Of a stretch of DNA of 64,000 nt, positions 62,771-64,000 are shown piece by piece (positions within the stretch are counted from its first letter, which is position 1; the number at the start of each line of letters is the position of its first letter). Source of the stretch: Paracoccaceae bacterium (lineage in GTDB: Bacteria; Pseudomonadota; Alphaproteobacteria; Rhodobacterales; Rhodobacteraceae); assembly GCA_030066905.1 (NCBI GenBank), contig JASJAR010000008.1:42932-106931 (forward strand), read 5' to 3'. The position numbers and the translations under genes were made by a program. Under the pieces are notes generated by a model, which saw nothing but the letters and a program-made list of their open reading frames with translations, was not told the origin of the DNA and searched no databases.

Positions 62771-63661
62771 TCAATTCTCCTCGTCCGCATGACCCTGCAT
62801 CCTAAGGCCGATCTGGTAGACCTCGCGGCGCGGGATCCCGAGGCTCTCGGACACGTCGCGCACGGCATCCTTGAAACTGGCCCGTTGCAGCGCTGCTGCC
62901 AGATGCCGTCCGATTTCGGCGGGATCGCGCGGGCGACCGGCGGCCTCGGCCCGATCGACCACAACCACGCATTCGCCCTTGGCCACCATCTCCTCCACCC
63001 CGCCGAGCAGGTCCTGAAGGGGCATACGCCGCACCTCTTCGAAACGCTTGGTCAATTCGCGACAGACCGCCGCCTGCCGATCCGGCCCCAGGACTGCCAC
63101 AGCATCCTTAAGAAAGCTCTTAAGGCGTCGCGGCGTCTCATAGATCACCAGCGTTGCTTCGATGTCGCGCAGTCCTTCGAGAAACCGCCGGCGCGCCCCG
63201 GCCTGGGCCGGCGCAAAGCCCGCAAAAAGGAACCGGTCCGTGGGAAGACCCGAGACCGTGAGCGCGGCGAGCACCGCCGAGGCGCCCGGTACCGCCTCGA
63301 CGCGGTGGCCAGCCGCAATCGCCTCCCGGGCAAGGACGAACCCCGGATCGGCCACCATCGGCGTGCCGGCATCCGAGACATAGGCCACCGAACGGCCCTC
63401 GCTCAGAGCCGCGAGCAGGCGGGGGCGGACGGCCGGTCCGTTGTGGTCATGATAGGCGAGGATCGGCCGGTCGGCGAGAGCGACGCCGTGGATTTCCATC
63501 AAGCGGCGGGCGGACCGGGTGTCCTCGGCCGCGATCACATCGGCCGCGCCAAGGATATCGAGCGCCCGAAGCGTGATGTCGCGCGCATTTCCGATCGGTG
63601 TGGCGACGATGTAGAGCGCCGCCGTCGGCTTCGGCGGCGTTCTCCCTGCGGCGTCACCCAA
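62771..63661 (-). CDS. rsmI: 16S rRNA (cytidine1402-2'-O)-methyltransferase; start uncertain
   Basis: Contains LYIVATPIGNARDITLRAL and AEDTR. There is no ATG near the conserved N-terminus, so the best start is TTG at 63661. The listed 383-aa ORF would overrun the divergent lipoprotein gene promoter. Confidence 0.8.
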   Translation of the reverse strand: MGDAAGRTPPKPTAALYIVATPIGNARDITLRALDILGAADVIAAEDTRSARRLMEIHGVALADRPILAYHDHNGPAVRPRLLAALSEGRSVAYVSDAGTPMVADPGFVLAREAIAAGHRVEAVPGASAVLAALTVSGLPTDRFLFAGFAPAQAGARRRFLEGLRDIEATLVIYETPRRLKSFLKDAVAVLGPDRQAAVCRELTKRFEEVRRMPLQDLLGGVEEMVAKGECVVVVDRAEAAGRPRDPAEIGRHLAAALQRASFKDAVRDVSESLGIPRREVYQIGLRMQGHADEEN

Positions 63662-63736
63662 GGCGGCGATCCGATTTACATGAGCAGACGTTCGGCATAG
63701 GGTCGCGACGACTTTCGGGAGCGAGGATCGACATCC

Positions 63737-64000
63737 ATGGTTGCGTTTTTGAGCAAGGGCCGCAAGGCACTCCGCCGATGGACGGGCGTCGTGGGCCTGC
63801 TCGCTCTCGCTGCCTGCGATGCCCCGGTCCTCTCGGGGGGCTTTCTCGACACGACCCGGGCCGTACCGGTCGCGCTTCTGGTCCCGCAAAGCTCCGGCGC
63901 AGATGGGGCGGTCCTCGCGCAAAGCCTTGAAAACGCGGCCCGGCTCGCGATGGCCGATCTCGACGGCGTGGAGATCGATCTTCGGGTCTACGACACCGGC
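63737..64000 (+). CDS. penicillin-binding protein activator LpoA-like lipoprotein (5' part, runs off the window)
   Basis: Absent from the ORF track because there is no stop inside the window. Hand translation from ATG at 63737 gives MVAFLSKGRKALRRWTGVVGLLALAACDAPVLSGGF...VALLVPQSSGADGAVLAQSLENAARLAMADL. It has a lipobox (LAAC) and the rsmI/yraN neighbourhood seen for E. coli yraM. Confidence 0.55.
   Translation, partial: MVAFLSKGRKALRRWTGVVGLLALAACDAPVLSGGFLDTTRAVPVALLVPQSSGADGAVLAQSLENAARLAMADLDGVEIDLRVYDTG

Overview
This is a high-GC (about 65-70% by eye) chromosomal core segment of an alphaproteobacterium. Gene content suggests Rhodobacterales: a Hint_2-domain protein, a MORN-repeat protein, a CryB-type photolyase, split hisZ/hisG, and coaBC-dut-moeB. 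I can support about 58 protein genes, nearly all housekeeping:
- gcvTHP behind a tandem glycine riboswitch
- gltX, nadE, and leuA with a Leu-rich leader peptide
- mreBCD-mrdA-rodA, pxpBCA, hisS-hisZ-hisG, dnaE, xdhABC
- a DMGDH-like dehydrogenase, panCB, coaBC-dut, rpoH, comM, gshB, yraN, rsmI

I found no rRNA, tRNA, CRISPR array, transposase, integrase or recognisable defence gene, and no convincing intact multi-gene novel system. The unusual signals are:
1. A ~1.1 kb AT-rich island (9665-10755) between convergent genes. Its two listed small ORFs are really one reading frame for a 3-TM protein of unknown family, broken by one in-frame TGA and probably a 1-nt frameshift.
2. A ~170-180 bp double-hairpin, TIR-bearing MITE-like repeat. 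It is present at 8 intergenic sites, always just past a gene's 3' end, and its core also appears to sit in frame inside dnaE.
3. A second hairpin repeat family with one intergenic copy (after gltX) and one in-frame copy inside xdhB.
4. A low-GC, rare-codon patch inside an enlarged hisS insertion domain.
5. A 166-bp element with 18-bp terminal inverted repeats.

All start codons, repeat boundaries and GC values were worked out by hand and are approximate.
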